A stretch of 58,526 bases of DNA, filler included, from Sphacelaria rigidula (GCA_964200075.2; 8 parts of 8 records of this genome joined end to end with filler, not necessarily neighbours in it); one strand, 5' to 3'; shown: positions 34,794 through 49,000, counted from the whole stretch's first letter. A program made the numbers and translations. Notes: generated by a model from the letters alone, not told the origin.

Positions 34794-37700
34794 TCGGATG
34801 TTCTCATTATTTCAAGCCCTGACAAAGAACAGGAGTGCGCGAGGAAATGGAAAGAGCACAGATTCTGCTGTCCCGGAACATTTTCTTTCAATTTTGGCGC
34901 ATGACCAAGGGTCGGGAGAAGATTTTCGGACACGGACGCCCGCCCCCTCCGGGAGGGCAATTTTTCGAAAATTGTAATGCTTTTTGTTGTTGTTAGTATT
35001 ATTGAAGACATTTATCAAGAAACACAGACAGAAACCAGAAAGTCTGGTGGGCTTTGCCAGGTTCATGTATTTGCTTCTGCTCCTTGCTCGCTCTACTACC
35101 GTCGTCCCGATGACCTCGAATGCCGGCCATCCTCACACACATGTATGTATGCACACGGGCGCACGGTAGAGACAGCCTGTAGCTAAAGTACCAACATGAT
35201 GTCACGCCTCGCCAAACTTGCCCGGACTACTGGTAGGTATCTGAGGCCCACGACACGAAGCATGATCCCATAAACGTTATCATGGCGAGTGATGGGCTTG
35301 GGGGGGGCGGCGTGTCCGCCATTTCAACGGTCTACTCCTTTCCAAGGATGTCTGTAGACGGTACGGTAGCCGATCGCACCCACCGACGCCTCGGTAATAA
35401 ACTAGGGGACAGTAGGCTGGGTGTCCCCCCCCCCCGCCTTGAAAACATTGTTTTTGCGATCTTGTGGCCTACGTGTCCAGAAATATTTTTTTGACAGACC
35501 CTTGGCAGGACTGTACTTTTTTTATTGGCGGAAGATATAGATTTTGGTAAATTAAATAGATTGTCCACAAAACACAATGCCCACCCAACTTGGGCCATGT
35601 CTAGTAAAAAAACTTCCGATAATAAAAAAACTTTCGACTCGACAACATGCGGTCGAATCGAATTGGTCGCTACGAGGCCGTATCAAATGCATCAACGGCA
35701 TCCATGTTTTCAGGTGGCTTCAAGTCCATTTTGTCATTAGTTGCGCGCGATGGGCAGGGTCAAAGACAGAAAAGCTCAGCTTTTTCTAGCGAAAAGAGCG
35801 GCGGAATGAACAAAGGGGCACGCAACTCCTGTGTCGCAGACGACCATGCCAGATACTACCCTTTCACAGAATTACGCAAAAACCGTGAGGTTCATCCGCA
35901 GCTACCTACTCAACCTTGCGGCATAGATCACGAACTGAGCGCGGGGATACACACACCGCGGTGACAAGAAACCGACACCACCACACCTTCGGCATGATGC
36001 GTTTCTTCTTGTTGGCGAAAAATTGGGCATCTAATTTGGTGGCGGGGTCCACCGACTGAGTTGCGTGTTGGGTTGGGCGATCGAATTGCCAACGCGCTCA
36101 TAAGCAGTAGAGGCGGTGCAAAACTGCTCGTGGTTCAAATCTGCCTTCCATCCTCCTGTATTCAGGAGGTCAGAAAACTGTGCTGTCTGTATGTCGTGTT
36201 GCCCGCTTTGTTTCCACATCGCGCCTGCATGCTGTGCGAAACATACACACACTATCTAGACAGTACAGGTCGCCACTGTTGGTGTAAGGTCTGTACTACT
36301 GTACTGTATTTTGAATAAAAAAAGTACCACTTCATGAATCTCGCGCTAGCCTTTTCAATTCAAAGCGTGCACATTCGCTCGGATCCAAACACAGCAAAGC
36401 GAACTGAATCAGTTCGCCGCACGAACTCTTTCGAGTCGAAGAAAATGTGATGAGGGCGTGTCTTAGCACTTTTTTTTCGATCGAAAAAGTGCGGTCGAAG
36501 TTTTTTCTGCTCATCTGATAGGTCCACCGCATTTATGTTCCTNNNNNNNNNNNNNNNNNNNNNNNNNNNNNNNNNNNNNNNNNNNNTTAATTAATTAANN
36601 NNNNNNNNNNNNNNNNNNNNNNNNNNNNNNNNNNNNNNNNNNTCTTCTTTGTCAGGGCTTCTCATAATGAGGCGTCTGGCCCGGGGACGGGAGGGGAGGG
36701 TTCCAAAAGGGTTAACGAAAAAAAATGAATGAACTGAATATTTTTTGTATACATATAAATACATATAAATATATATATGAATAAAATAATAATAATAATG
36801 ATAATAAATCAGACCTCGAACTAGTCTTCCATTGTGTTACAATGGTTGTTGCTCATGATTTTCCTCATGGTTCTTCCCCTCATACATTCAACTCCTCCCC
36901 CTCCGCGGCTCGGGTCTGTATCCTCAGAGATCAACCCATTCCTCTCCTATTGCTCGCCGTTTGGATAGTGGAAGTATTCATAGTGATCAAACAGCTTGCC
37001 TTGTCCTCCACGATACGTGTCGTCCCGCCACACTGCACTATGCCCGTGTCCTGTTCCAGCTTCTACTTCAAAATCTGGCTCTCACCATCACTCCGCTACA
37101 CCCCGCGCTGATTTTCACACTATTATACTTGCAATCTAGATAATCTGTGACAATTCAATCCCGATTAATCTGCAAACGACGGATCCGACTACGCTCCGGT
37201 CCGTTTCCCTTTCGCAATGTTCTTCAAAGCCACGATTGAGGCGAAAATACAGTGACGGCATCCGTAATTCTCAAGACAGTCACCATACTCATTATTTACA
37301 CGTTTCCCTTTATTTTGATCGTGATTTATATATATATATATATATGTTTTCTTCATTGACACTTCAACTAGTGGAGGCTGTGAAAAAAAAAAAATGAGAC
37401 CAGCAAGATGACGAGGAAAAAATGATCGCGATAAATTTGATTCACTACATCCTCCATCCTTCACTCCAAGGTGCATCAAAATCAGCACATGAAAATAGAC
37501 ACCCATACACGAAACAAATATCACAGCAAGTTTGCCTTACACAGCACACGCACCCGCGATTCGTCTCTGAATGCGATTTTATTTCTCGCATGTTGCCATG
37601 CATGGGAAGAGCGACGCACGAAACAGACGCTCGAAGTCAAAAGTGCAAACTACAATGAAATACAATATAAAACAAAAGGTGACTCCCCCCGTGTTTTCGG

Positions 37701-38627
37701 AACAATTAATCTAAAAACTTGTCAGGATCTTCCGCATAGATTCGCAACATTTTTTTCCACACAGATTCACCGAGATCTCTGCATGCAAATCGGAGCAGTT
37801 TTTGCACACATATCCAGATTTTCACGTGAAAAATAATCCGGAAGTCATCATTTTCGCAACGACAAATTCCTTCTCGTTCCCTACTTTTTGTTTTCTATCT
37901 TACTATGAAAATCTCCGACTTTTCGATCCGCCTCTTGAGTAACCCTCAAAGATTCAGGCTCTCACCCCTTGAGCGCTAGGTATCACATGTCGGCCATGAG
38001 TCCACCACCGGAACAATGTGCGAACAAAATTGTTTGGATAAAGACTATATACAAGTCAGATGTTGACGCCCACGCGATACGAATGCACGCTACGTGTAGT
38101 TACTGCGGATCATGGTAGAACTGTCCGGCCATCTGTAGAGTCTACGCATTTGTCGAAGGAACGGTTGATTACTTGATTTTAGAGTTAGCATTGACATTGG
38201 CATCTGTATAGGTGTCGGGGAGAGAAGGGTTGATCCCTTGAGATGTCGGACTCGTCCCGAGGAGGGGGGGGGGTCCAAAGAGCGACAAATAAATGAATGA
38301 TGAAACTAAAAAAAATAGAGGCTGACGGTTGCGCGTGCTCCCATAACAGCTTGCCCAGAAGACGCCGTTCTTCATAATGGCATCGCAGGCGCCGATTTGA
38401 GGTCTTCCAACATACACAAAGTCGTAGGTTTCCGAGAGCACTTCATCACCCATTTTCTACAACAAATGCGTCAACACGAGGTTCAACAATACCGTTGGCA
38501 TCACCGGCCTGGAAGGTCTACTGGCGAAACCAGTCCGATAGGAGGTCTGTCTGGGCCTGAAGGGGTCAGTCAGACATCGGGAATCCGACAAACGTTTTCA
38601 CGGGTCGGACGAATGACTGATTCGTGT

Positions 38628-38740
38628 GGAGATTACTTGGTTTTAGTCTGATTGACTCGTACCTTATGAATCAATCCTTCCTTTGTTCTGGAGATTACTT
38701 GGTTTCAGTGTCATTGATTCGTACCTTGTGAATCAATCCT
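38628..38740. repeat. Short tandem duplication, 62-bp period
   Basis: GGAGATTACTTGGTTT..TCGTACCTT.TGAATCAATCCT occurs twice. Confidence 0.8.
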
Positions 38741-38930
38741 CGGGCTTCGTTTTCAACGTGGCAACTCAGGTACGCGCAACCCGGGCACGTGGAATGGCGC
38801 AAAAATTGGGTGGAGACCTTTTTTGACGAGCGGTCAACTTTTTCGTTTCTTTTGAGCAATCAGGTCTGAGAAATCGTGAATTTGGTGATTCGAACCGGCG
38901 ATTATTCGTCCGAACCGTGAACGTTTTCAC

Positions 38931-39819
38931 CTGGCCTTGGTCGTGGAAATACTTGAGACCTTGCAGCGTCTGCTTCAGCACATACGCGATCCACTCCTCC
39001 TTCATTCCCTCTCCCCGGCCCTGGCCACAACCCACACAAGCGCCAACATGTCAGGAGAGGCAAGCAGGGACAAGACGACAACCGTGAGGAAAAAAAAAAC
39101 GAGGGAGCTCATGACTAGTAGACTCCCCAAGGACCACTCAGAATACGAAAGGTCAGAATACCGAAAAACAATCGGAAAGGAGGGAAGGGATGGTTATCGT
39201 TATTCATCACGACTATGCCATTTGACTCTTTCAACACTGCAAGCTGGACCCTTCGAGCGTCCAGTTGTGCGGGTGGCCGGCCTTTTGATGGCCTGGTCAA
39301 GCTAAATCCGCATTGTGTTCGGAGATAGTCGGCCGTTGAGTAGGTAGAGTGTGTGGGTGTGGGGATGGGCATGTGGATACAGCTCTCAGGAAAACTGGTT
39401 ATGCATCTCTTTGAAATACGCATTACGACCAGGGTGACAGATGGCCGACGTCCGAAATCAGAGCGATTGGGCATCTGAGGTGTAAAAAAATAGTAAACTT
39501 CTCTAATCCCTTTTACTTGCTTATGAGACCCATCATCAGTCACGGGTCCTTCTTATGTCTTGACGGAATAAAAAAAAAAACAGTAATTCTTAGTGCAGCA
39601 CGTGCAGTACACGCAACCGACTGTATCGTATGGTTGTAGAGAAAGACTGTGTCATAGTACCTATTGTTGTGACAGTACCTCTTTTTTGGCGACGTTCATC
39701 ACGTGCAGACAAGATCCTTTGCTCATAAACTCCATAACCAGCCACAGCTCGTTCTCGTGAACGAAGGACGCGTAACAGCTCAACACGTTCGGATGGTCGC
39801 ACATCCGCATTACCGCCAC
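38931..39819 (-). CDS. STE20-group Ser/Thr kinase (OSR1/SPAK-like), two internal exons: 39819-39679 and 39020-38931
   Basis: Phase-0 AG/GT exons encode VAVMRMCDHPNVLSCYASFVHENELWLVMEFMSKGSCLHVMNVAKKE and GRGEGMKEEWIAYVLKQTLQGLKYFHDQGQ, which correspond to kinase subdomains III-VIa. The HRD/DFG and ATP-loop exons were not located. Confidence 0.85.
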
Positions 39820-41648
39820 CTTTTCAGCGACAAGAGAAGAAAAAAAAACGTCGGAAGAAAAAAAAAGGCAACAGCAAACGTTTGTGGGAGTGTACAAATG
39901 TCACCAGCAGCATGACAACAAATACACAGGCCAACACAATGAAGATTAAAAAAAAAACGCACACACAGCGGTCAAGAGGAGACGAGGGAAACGCATGAAT
40001 GCAGGGAGATACGTGAGGGAATTACAACCAAAGTAAGCAAATATGAGAAAAGACAGGTGTGAGGAGAAAAAAGAAACAAGCTAGGATCGCTTGGCTTGAG
40101 ATGGGTGAGAACACAAGAAATGAATAATTTAGAAGGTATTTTGCATGCTTTGTGTTTTTATAATAACTCGATCGAGTGAATAGCAAATGCCGTTTTGTGG
40201 AGGGAGGGACATACGGTGAAAAACCATGTGAAGAACAATGTGCGCGCCTTTTCAGTGTGTGAGAGAGCGCAGTCGGGCGATTGGTTCGAGCGCCGCGAAG
40301 AACCTACTGGTGCGGCGGAAGATATCAGTTGGCATGGGCAGCCATAATAGTTCAGTCAAGGATATGGCTGTGGTAGTACGGACAACTTAAACACAGTATG
40401 TGGCACATACAAAAATATATGCATGAGTGTACACTATCCCACCATTTAGGCCACCTTGGTCCACATCCCACACAAATCGTCTGCGACCCTTCAAGAACCC
40501 GCAGTCAACTAGCTCATCTGACAGTCCTACACAATGCGTCGACGTGAAAGGCCACTAGCTCGTCGTCTTGGCACATGACAGATATCCTCTCCCGTGATAG
40601 TTTTGACCTAGGATTGTAGCTCAACGTGGTCGAGAGGGCATTTTTGTTGTTTTTTCTAGTTTTATAGGCCGTACCGAAGGCTCGGCAGCAAACAGCCGCT
40701 GAAGAAAGCAAGCGCATTTGTAAAGAACAAGCTCCCCGTTGAGGCTTCATATGCCATTTGCTTCGTGTGTGCCAAAGTGTGTATGTGCTGCTCAATTAGC
40801 TATCGGAGGTGGCGTGGAAAACTCCCGCAAACCTCCAGCCCAATTTTTCAAGATCCGCAACACCACTTGACCATACCGGCACGCGCGGCGCCGGCGTCCG
40901 ACATTAGAATGCCGGCGATATAGCTGGGAGAGCCCCGTAGTAAGCCAGTGCACTATATCTGCTCATCGATCCAGAGTCCATTGGGCGACAGAGTAGGAGG
41001 ATTCTGCATCACGCACCAAATGCGAGACGCCCTTCAACCGTTGAACAACCAAGGCTTTGTGTGTTGACCACACACATGAGTGCACTGCAATGAGGGTGGT
41101 CGCGGCTACCATTCTCTGTACCGTCAAAAGAGTGGTGAGACGCCAATGTCGCTGCCCCGGGCTTGATATGCAACATCAGCTATACTGTGGCGCGCGGCAT
41201 GTGCGTGACGAAGGTTTTCCAACGTAGGCGTGATCTCTCCACCAGAACCAGTTATTCCGAGCGCCCGGAATAACGGAAGAACATCCAGGAAAGGTCAGTT
41301 GGTCGTCGGACGTCACGGGAGGTTATATATTGGAAAAGGCTCAACTGCTGTGGCGTTCTCAACATATGTATGACCTCAACACAAGGGAAAAAGCTGCAGC
41401 AGCATGGACCACATGATTTCGAGTGCGGCGTACACAGGTATGCATTCGAGAGTAGAACCAAAATACACACATGTTCCACGATGAGGACACCCCAAAATAT
41501 TTACAAGAAGTCATTTTCTAGAAGCTGCCGCGTCTTCCGGGTTGAACCACTAGGCTTCCGTGTCCTGCGATGCAGCCCGCGACTTCGAAAGTTCAATCAT
41601 CGCAAATTGGTTGTTAATCCCTAGACAGCGAGCGTCGCCTCGGAATAA

Positions 41649-41828
41649 TTCACACCCTGGACAAAATATGGTCAATAGTTGCAATAGACGAGAAGTGCAC
41701 TGGATCAAATATAGGCCTAACACTATTGCAACAATTGCCGGCGGACAATAGTCGCAATAGGCCTATACTTGATGCAGTACGTTTCTTGTCTATTGCATGT
41801 ATTGACCATATATTGTCCAAGATGTGAA
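41649..41828. mobile_element. Short fully palindromic element with CACACCCTGGACAA termini; the same terminus occurs at ~58207
   Basis: TTCACACCCTGGACAAAATATGGTCAATA ... TATTGACCATATATTGTCCAAGATGTGAA; the arms pair for ~70 bp. Confidence 0.75.
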
Positions 41829-43409
41829 ACTTCTGAGCAGGAACGAGGCCCGAGAGGAGCGGAGTGACCATTCTGACCAATCACGGCCATCGACATGGTC
41901 ACTTTATTCCCCTATAGGAACACTACAGGTGGACTTCTTTGCTGTCTAGACGTATCTATCATTTTGGTCATGATAATTCAACCATAGATGACACGGACAG
42001 GAATAATGTGCTGTACGTATACTCCGGTCGTTTTATATGCCGCCTGCCTGACCCCCCATGTGTTGTCTGTATAGCTTCACACTGCAGTGTTGTGGAACAC
42101 TAAGCAGAGGAATCGGCAGCGTGCAGCAAGTGGACACTGAGACTGCCTGTCTCTTCCCGTTGTATCCAACGAAGACATACAGCACACATACTGACTCTGC
42201 ACGCAATCAAATACACTGCAGGGTCAAAGCCGGCCAGGGATTCTCCGGGACGATTTTCTTTATAATTGCGCAACATCCCCACGTTCATAAAAAAGGCGTT
42301 TTGTGCAGGAATAAAATAGCTGTTCTAAACCCCCAAAAATGTGGCATAGTCCACGCCAGTCCCCCTGCGGAGGGATCGCCGTCTAAGGGTTGACCCCTTG
42401 GATGCCAGACCTCTATTCGGAATAGTTTCACGCGCCGACCTTTGACGTCTGTAACCCCAACGCTATACCTGAACAGGTCCTCTCTTTTCGACAGAATCCT
42501 AAGGAACGGAATGTTACGGGTTTGAAAGAATCGAAATGTTGAGTTTATTGATGACGCAGCATCTGACCTTCGTCCTTGAAAACGGAAGGACGCTAGCAGC
42601 AAGGAGGAAAAAAAAACCCGACGGACAGGCGGACGTCGACGTGGGGCGGGATGTTGCCGATCCAATCCGTCACGCCAAATGTCAGCGATGTACCGGGGTA
42701 GAGATAGATGGGTTGGTCCTTCAAAGATCGCGTACTCGTTCCGAGAAAGGAGAATGTTGAAAGTATGACGAAAAAAGGAAACGGTGGTTCCCAACCCCCG
42801 ACACATGCGTATTATTGGACTTTGACACCATAGCGATGGGATACCGCACGAGGAGCGTAAACATCGGTAATTGAAGACAATAGAGAGACTCGGAAAACGC
42901 CTTTTTGTCATTCCAGAGTGAATATCTCAATACCAGAGTTGAACGATTTTTTTTCCCCTCCTCCGTCAAACGTGGTATCCCCTTACCTTTTTTTCGACTA
43001 GTTTCTTTTTCATCATTCTGCCCTCTGATCCCAAGATATTTGCACTCTGAAATGACAAAGAAGCGTTTTCCGAAACTCTTTAACAGAGATAACTGCATTG
43101 TGCAAGACGCCGGTTTTGTCACGTTCACGGCCTGGGTCAGGAACGAAGGATCACTATTTCGACCTCGAAATTATATTTACAGGAGGCATTGATGCCAGCA
43201 CGTTGAGGTCATGGGCCCAGAGCGGAATATCGGTTAATATGGTGTAGGCGACGGAATATGCCATAGATCTCAAGGAAGGATATTGCATTCAGAGTCCACT
43301 CCAACAAAATACTGGGGTAGTGTATCTTCTCAGAAACTATTATTTAAAACTGCTCACTGTGGTAATGTTTACAACGAAAAAAGTAGCATCTGTCAGTGTC
43401 TTTTTGACA

Positions 43410-43758
43410 CAGTGTGTGTGTTCTCTCATCTATTTTGTGCGCCAGTCTACACCTTCCGGTATATGTGGGCGCACCAGCCGGGGTCACACAGGAGGACGGC
43501 CAACACAGGATTTTTTTTTTCTTTAGTTCTCCACCTGCCTTCTGCGGTGCTTGCCTCCTTTTTTTTTTATCGCGAGAGGGGTTCAGCAGTCTCTTTACCC
43601 CGTCGACGATTGAGTCGAATTTTTGTAGCCACGACATAGTCGCTCTCCACTGTTGGGTATTGTGTGAGAAAATATCCGAGATCACTCCGAGATCCGAACC
43701 CACGGCCCAATCGTCAAGAGGTTTCGAGGTTACCAACTGAGCCACCGGGGCGACCGGC
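43410..43758 (-). mobile_element. SINE copy, near full length
   Basis: GCCAGTCTACACCTT ... ACCAACTGAGCCACCGGGGCGACCGGC is the reverse complement of the family sequence. Confidence 0.85.
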
Positions 43759-45596
43759 AGTGGGAAGTCCATTCAGGGGGGGGGGGGGGGGGGGGGGTAC
43801 TCTTTTGTTTTTTGTTTTGGTTTTTGGCCCATTGACCGCGGCCCCCTTTCGAGGGGGGCAGGGGGGGGGGNNNNNNNNNNNNNNNNNNNNNNNNNNNNNN
43901 NNNNNNNNNNNNNNTTAATTAATTAANNNNNNNNNNNNNNNNNNNNNNNNNNNNNNNNNNNNNNNNNNNNGGCCAACCAGGCTGGAGAAATCGTGAATTT
44001 GGTGATTTTGAGTCGTGATGATTTGTCCTAACCGTGCAAGTGTTGGATTTTGACCGTTGCCTTGTTTTGTTCCACGAGAGTTGCTGCTATGCGGAAATGT
44101 TGATCCAATCGGCGAGTCCGACTCGATTCTCTTGTCTGATTGAAGAAAGGTCGCCGCATTTTTGTATTTTGGGACCCTGTGATTGGTCGTAAAATCGTGC
44201 AAGTCATAATTCTTGCCCCCATCTGTGGGGCCCTGTGCCACGTTCCTGGGGAGTCGGTCGGCTAGAGGCTCATAAGAATACATATGTTCCTGGTGCCACT
44301 GCTGCTTCTATGCTAATTGTTCGTGGAAACCATGCCATTTGTGCAAGGGGACACGTCATGACTTTCAACATCTTCAAATCCGGGAAAAGACGAGCAGGAC
44401 AGAGACGGCGGAGGGGGAGATGGCAAACAGTACTATTCAAGACGAATTTACCAAAGCTCCCTCACGAGACTGTGATGTCAACCCTGGTTCATTTCACAGC
44501 TCTATCCGCATTACTTAGGTCGTGCCTTATCAAATTGTTCTCGTGTCGAAATTGTGTGGTCGAATGAATTTGCTCGTGTCTGATTCGTCCAAGTTCTTCA
44601 TTTTCTCACATGGTTGAGAACATGAATACCATGGATATATCAGGTATGGGCGAACTCGATTCCACCTTAGGCTCTCGAGTCGAAAAAATATCATGAAGAC
44701 ACAGCTTCAATAAACCCTCATCTTGCTAAGGCGGTGTGTGGAAAGGTGCCACGCGTGATACTGTGTAATTCTCCAACAATTTGAAGTTTCACACAAAATT
44801 CAGGAGAAAAGAAAAAAACATGCCTGTATCTTGTGTGCTGGTAGTTTCAAATATCCGCACTCACCTACGGGGCAAATATAAAAAAGCCGTGTTGTGCCCG
44901 AAAATAAACATACACTGTAATGTCCGATGTCTGGGCGCTGCCTGCTCGAAGATAAATTTATTTTCCGTCTGCAACAGCTGCGAAAAATACGGCTTTCGCT
45001 GTTATGGAAAAAGTGAAAGGGTGGGTATGCCTCCCATGATAGAAACAAAGTTATCGGCCACCTTGATCTGTACATGTTTTATGTGGTATTTCCTCTCGTA
45101 ACACCTGAGGCCAACAGTTTTAAGCGAAAAACTGGATACGCCACTGGTTTATACGGAACACCCTTTCAAACCGGGACTTCATGATCGTCAGTTACATTCA
45201 ACAGAGATCGGTGACCCTGACTTTGCGAATCCTTTCCCCCACCTCAGTCACACCACCCCCTCCGCAAACCCTCTCCCCCTCAAGCTCCGATCCCCAGGAT
45301 TTTGCAAAATGCGCCCACGATATACCACCTACAGCAGGGACGTGAAAAATCTATCGAAAAACAATTGATTCGACCTAAATACGTACCCCAGACTAGGGTT
45401 GATGACTACGGAGTAGACGGTACTGTACATGGTCCGTGCGAGCTCGGTACGCAGAGGGAGGCCCTGCTCCGCAATTGCGTCAGGCTTGCCTGCGCTCAAG
45501 GCCAGCCGGCAATACTGTTCGAAAACGGAGGTCTGGCGATCAACACAGGACACAAGAGTACACCCAGGTCACAAACCTCGAACATTCTCCACGCAC

Positions 45597-45782
45597 CGAT
45601 TGTGACTGTGAAACCTTCGACCCCTCCCCTGCCCCATTGGTCGCCCCACGCACGCCATTGGTTCCATTGGTCTTCCCACCCTTCCCGGAACTGATGGAGC
45701 GAACAGCCCCCGAGCCGCCGCCGTTGCCGCCGCCGGCACTTCCCCCCGGCGCTTGGCGAAAAGTGGCCGTCGGCGTCGCCAT
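45597..45782 (-). CDS. Probable first coding exon of an uncharacterised gene (Gly/Ser-rich N-terminus)
   Basis: ATG in AACATGG context at 45782, then 62 GC-rich codons (MATPTATFRQAPGGSAGGGNGGGSG...SQSQS) ending at a GTGCGT donor. No recognisable domain. Confidence 0.5.
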
Positions 45783-47988
45783 GTTATCCCAGTGATGTCT
45801 GCCGTGTAAAGCGGCGGGTTTGACTGTGCGTGTGCGTGTGCCTTGAGCAATGCACCCTACGGCATGAAGTGTGTTTTCAAGAGCGGTAGTGAGGGTGCGT
45901 GGGAGGGGGGGGGGGAGCGGAGCAGGATTGAGGATTGATGCAGCTATCAATAGACGAAACAGGGGGGGCGTGCATTTGCTGTGCCTCGGCTGCTGTGTGT
46001 TTTCGAGCCAACCAAAATCACTGGCTTGTGAGGGTTGAAGGCCGGCCCCAGTTCGTAGTGCATACATATATATATATAGCACATACATACTTTTTGAAGA
46101 AAAATAGACCGACCGCTGTGCACACCGCCTGTTGGGTACTACTCGTAAGAGAGTGGTTTCGTAAATGTAGTGTACTGGCGACGTTTGTAACGAAGCTTTC
46201 GTCCGTGTGATCGTACCGAGAGCTCGCAAGAGGAACACTTTAGTTATCGTTTGCTGAAAACGTGGCACAGCTACTCGGCCCGATGTCTTTGGCAGAAAAA
46301 GCTGCCACGGGTCATGGGACGTGAGCAGGAAATAGTTATTCTCTTGTCCCCGAAGCCACGTGCAACAGCTCAAAACAAGTGTTCCGAAATGACCGGGTGT
46401 GGCTTGTGCTGTGCTTGTGGTGCTTCGGGCATGAAAGCGCATTCAAAAAGTCTAGTCCGGGGTAGCCCGGGGAATGGGGTGGGCAGCTGGAATGTGGCCC
46501 GCTCGTGTATCCTACTCATAATACAGACAGTTGTGCACAAGGTTGTAATCGTTGACGGCATGTGACTGTGTAAGAAAGGGTAACTCTCCATCAGTGCCTC
46601 CCACACATCGATAGAGTCGGTCGGTCACCAAAACATTGGAAGCTTTGATGAGGGGCGACTCGCTGTGCTCATTTTGTGAGGAACAAAAAAACGTCAACAC
46701 GGAAATGCGCAGAAGTGGGCATTGTCTCTCTCGCCGACACTTTTCACCGAACTGACGACGTGAGAAACATCGTAGCCTCCGTTCATGATGGGCCATACCT
46801 AGTCGCGGCAGGTTCCCCCAGATCAGTGGTGCAGTATGCTTCACGTATCGTATAGGAACAGAGTCAACGCTTGGGTATGGCAACTTGCTCAAGGCGAATC
46901 AAACGGCTGTTCGCTTTTTCAGGGCGCAAAAAACCCGTCAAAGTAGCTCAAGAAAGAAACAATGAGCGTGGCGGATTTTGATCAATCCTCGTGCAAGTCA
47001 TCATCAGCAGCAACAATGAACACAACCCGCCACACATCAATAATAATCACCAATACTTTGGAGGGCTCTTGCGCGTGTCGTTGTTGTCGTTGTTGATGTT
47101 GATGTTGTTGTTCTTGTTGTTCTTGTTGTTGTGTTGATTCTCCTCGAGCGAGCACTTTTTGTCTGTCAAATGTCGTGTGGCGTGTTCCCGTTTCTCCTTT
47201 ATCCCTCAGGTGTGTGTGGGTGTATGTGTGCCGTTGCAAACCTCCCGATCATCTACGCTGCTCCATTTTTCAAGATAGATCAGAAGCCCTCCCAAAACGA
47301 ACAGAGATCGACGAACACAAAACAGCAAGTAAAGGTGTGACGACCACAGCCACAGGGATGTAGCGCAGTCAAACGGAACTTTCCGTCTGTGGAACCGCTG
47401 TTGTTTAGAAAGCCTCTGCCACCCGGCCTCGTACGCTGTTTAGAATTGCACTTGTTTGCTTTTGGGAGGTTCAGACGTATTTCTTCTTTTTCACATTCGA
47501 CTGAACGCATTGGGAAACACCCTCGATCACTGGGACGGAGATTCCAACATTGGAATATTGTACAACAGACAAAAATGATAGAGCTCAAATGCATTTGTGA
47601 TCTATTTAGTTTTTTGGTCGTCGATTACGTTGGTCGACGAGAGACCCAGCCGCAGTCACAAATAGACAGACCAAAAATTGTCGAAATAGAAACGCTCGTT
47701 GTTAAGGGGGGGGGAAAAGTGAAAAAAAATGAGTAGACAGAACAGAGTAGTCACCATGTGCACTGAACAGAAAGAAGATTATTATATGTGCCATGTGTGG
47801 AATATAGCCTTCACGACGAATACAGAAGAATATACGTTTTTACGATGCAGTATAATAATAGTACCTCAAGTTCATAGTAGCTTGGGTTGTTTGAGGATTT
47901 TTTTCGCGTACTACTCTTCAATAGACTCAAAAGTGCTGGCGTCGATAGATTTTGGTTAATTAAACAACAGATTGTCCTCAAAACACAG

Positions 47989-48299
47989 TCAACAGTGTTT
48001 TCGTGAGATTGAGAGTAGATGATACGATCGAGAGTGAAAAGCGGTCAATCAGAGAATGAATCGTTTCAGTTCCGAAATGCACTTCCACGAGGCCCAACAT
48101 GCTTTCTGCAATAATAATAGCTGGCCGCTGAGGCCCTTGATATCCCTGGGCAGGATATCGACGTGTAGCTGTAAGCACACGCAAGTGATGGCGGTAGAGA
48201 AAAGCACACGTGAAATAAAAAAATGACTCACTTGAAGCGAATGATCAAAGCAACTCTCAATCGTATCATCTACTCTCGATCTCACGAAAACACTGTTTA
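47989..48299. mobile_element. MITE with ~45-bp TIRs; the end of another copy lies at 29315-29367
   Basis: AACAGTGTTTTCGTGAGATTGAGAGTAGATGATACGATCGAGAGT / ACTCTCAATCGTATCATCTACTCTCGATCTCACGAAAACACTGTT. Confidence 0.85.
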
Positions 48300-48354
48300 C
48301 CCTTGCTCTGCTCGAAGCAGAAAAAGCCATTTGCACAAAAAAACAGGAGCAGTC

Positions 48355-48618
48355 TGGACCCCAGTCTACACCTTTCGGTACATGTGGGGGCGCACCAGCC
48401 GGGGTCACACAGGAGGAAGGCCAACACAGGATCTACACAGGATCTTTTTTATTTCATTATTTTGGTTGTTTGAGTTCTCCACCATCCTTCTGCGGTGCTT
48501 CTTTTATTATTTATCGCGAGAGGGGTTTAGCATTCCCTTTCCCTCGTTGACCGTGAAGTCGAATTTTTGTGTACCCGCGACATAGTCGCTCTCCACTGTT
48601 GGGCGTTGTGTGAGAAAA
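48355..48618 (-). mobile_element. SINE copy lacking the tRNA head (5'-truncated)
   Basis: CCAGTCTACACCTTTCGG ... CTCCACTGTTGGGCGTTGTGTGAGAAAA. Confidence 0.8.
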
Positions 48619-49000
48619 GAGTAGATTAGAAAAAAGAGGCATAACTAGAACTGCTCCAAACACTTGTAAAAGAGTGAGGGGCACGAGAGGAATAAACGAG
48701 CATATTCTATACTTCCATTTTGAGCAGGTGACTAGAATAGATCAATAGAGGGCATGGGGAAGAAGAAAAGTCAAACGTGCATAAAAAATGGGCATTAGTG
48801 GCACATACTAACGAACAGAAGCGGGAGCATTTTTTTACCCCGAAGTAGCATCACCGGCGATCAGAAGTGCCTCATCGAAGTATATGCCCCCCCGAAATAA
48901 AGAGCACAAAATGCAGAAATGAAAAGCAGAATGGGTAAGAGCCTACCAACCACACCGCACCAGCTGTATGTTGGATAATACCTCACAACGTAGTACAAAG

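Noticed and set aside
39820..45782. Joining the Gly-rich first exon (45782-45597) to the kinase exons
   Set aside because: They lie on different contigs separated by an artificial spacer.
48049..48408. Kinase catalytic-loop-like peptide ILPRDIKG
   Set aside because: It lacks HRD..N, lies inside a MITE and is on a different contig from the kinase.
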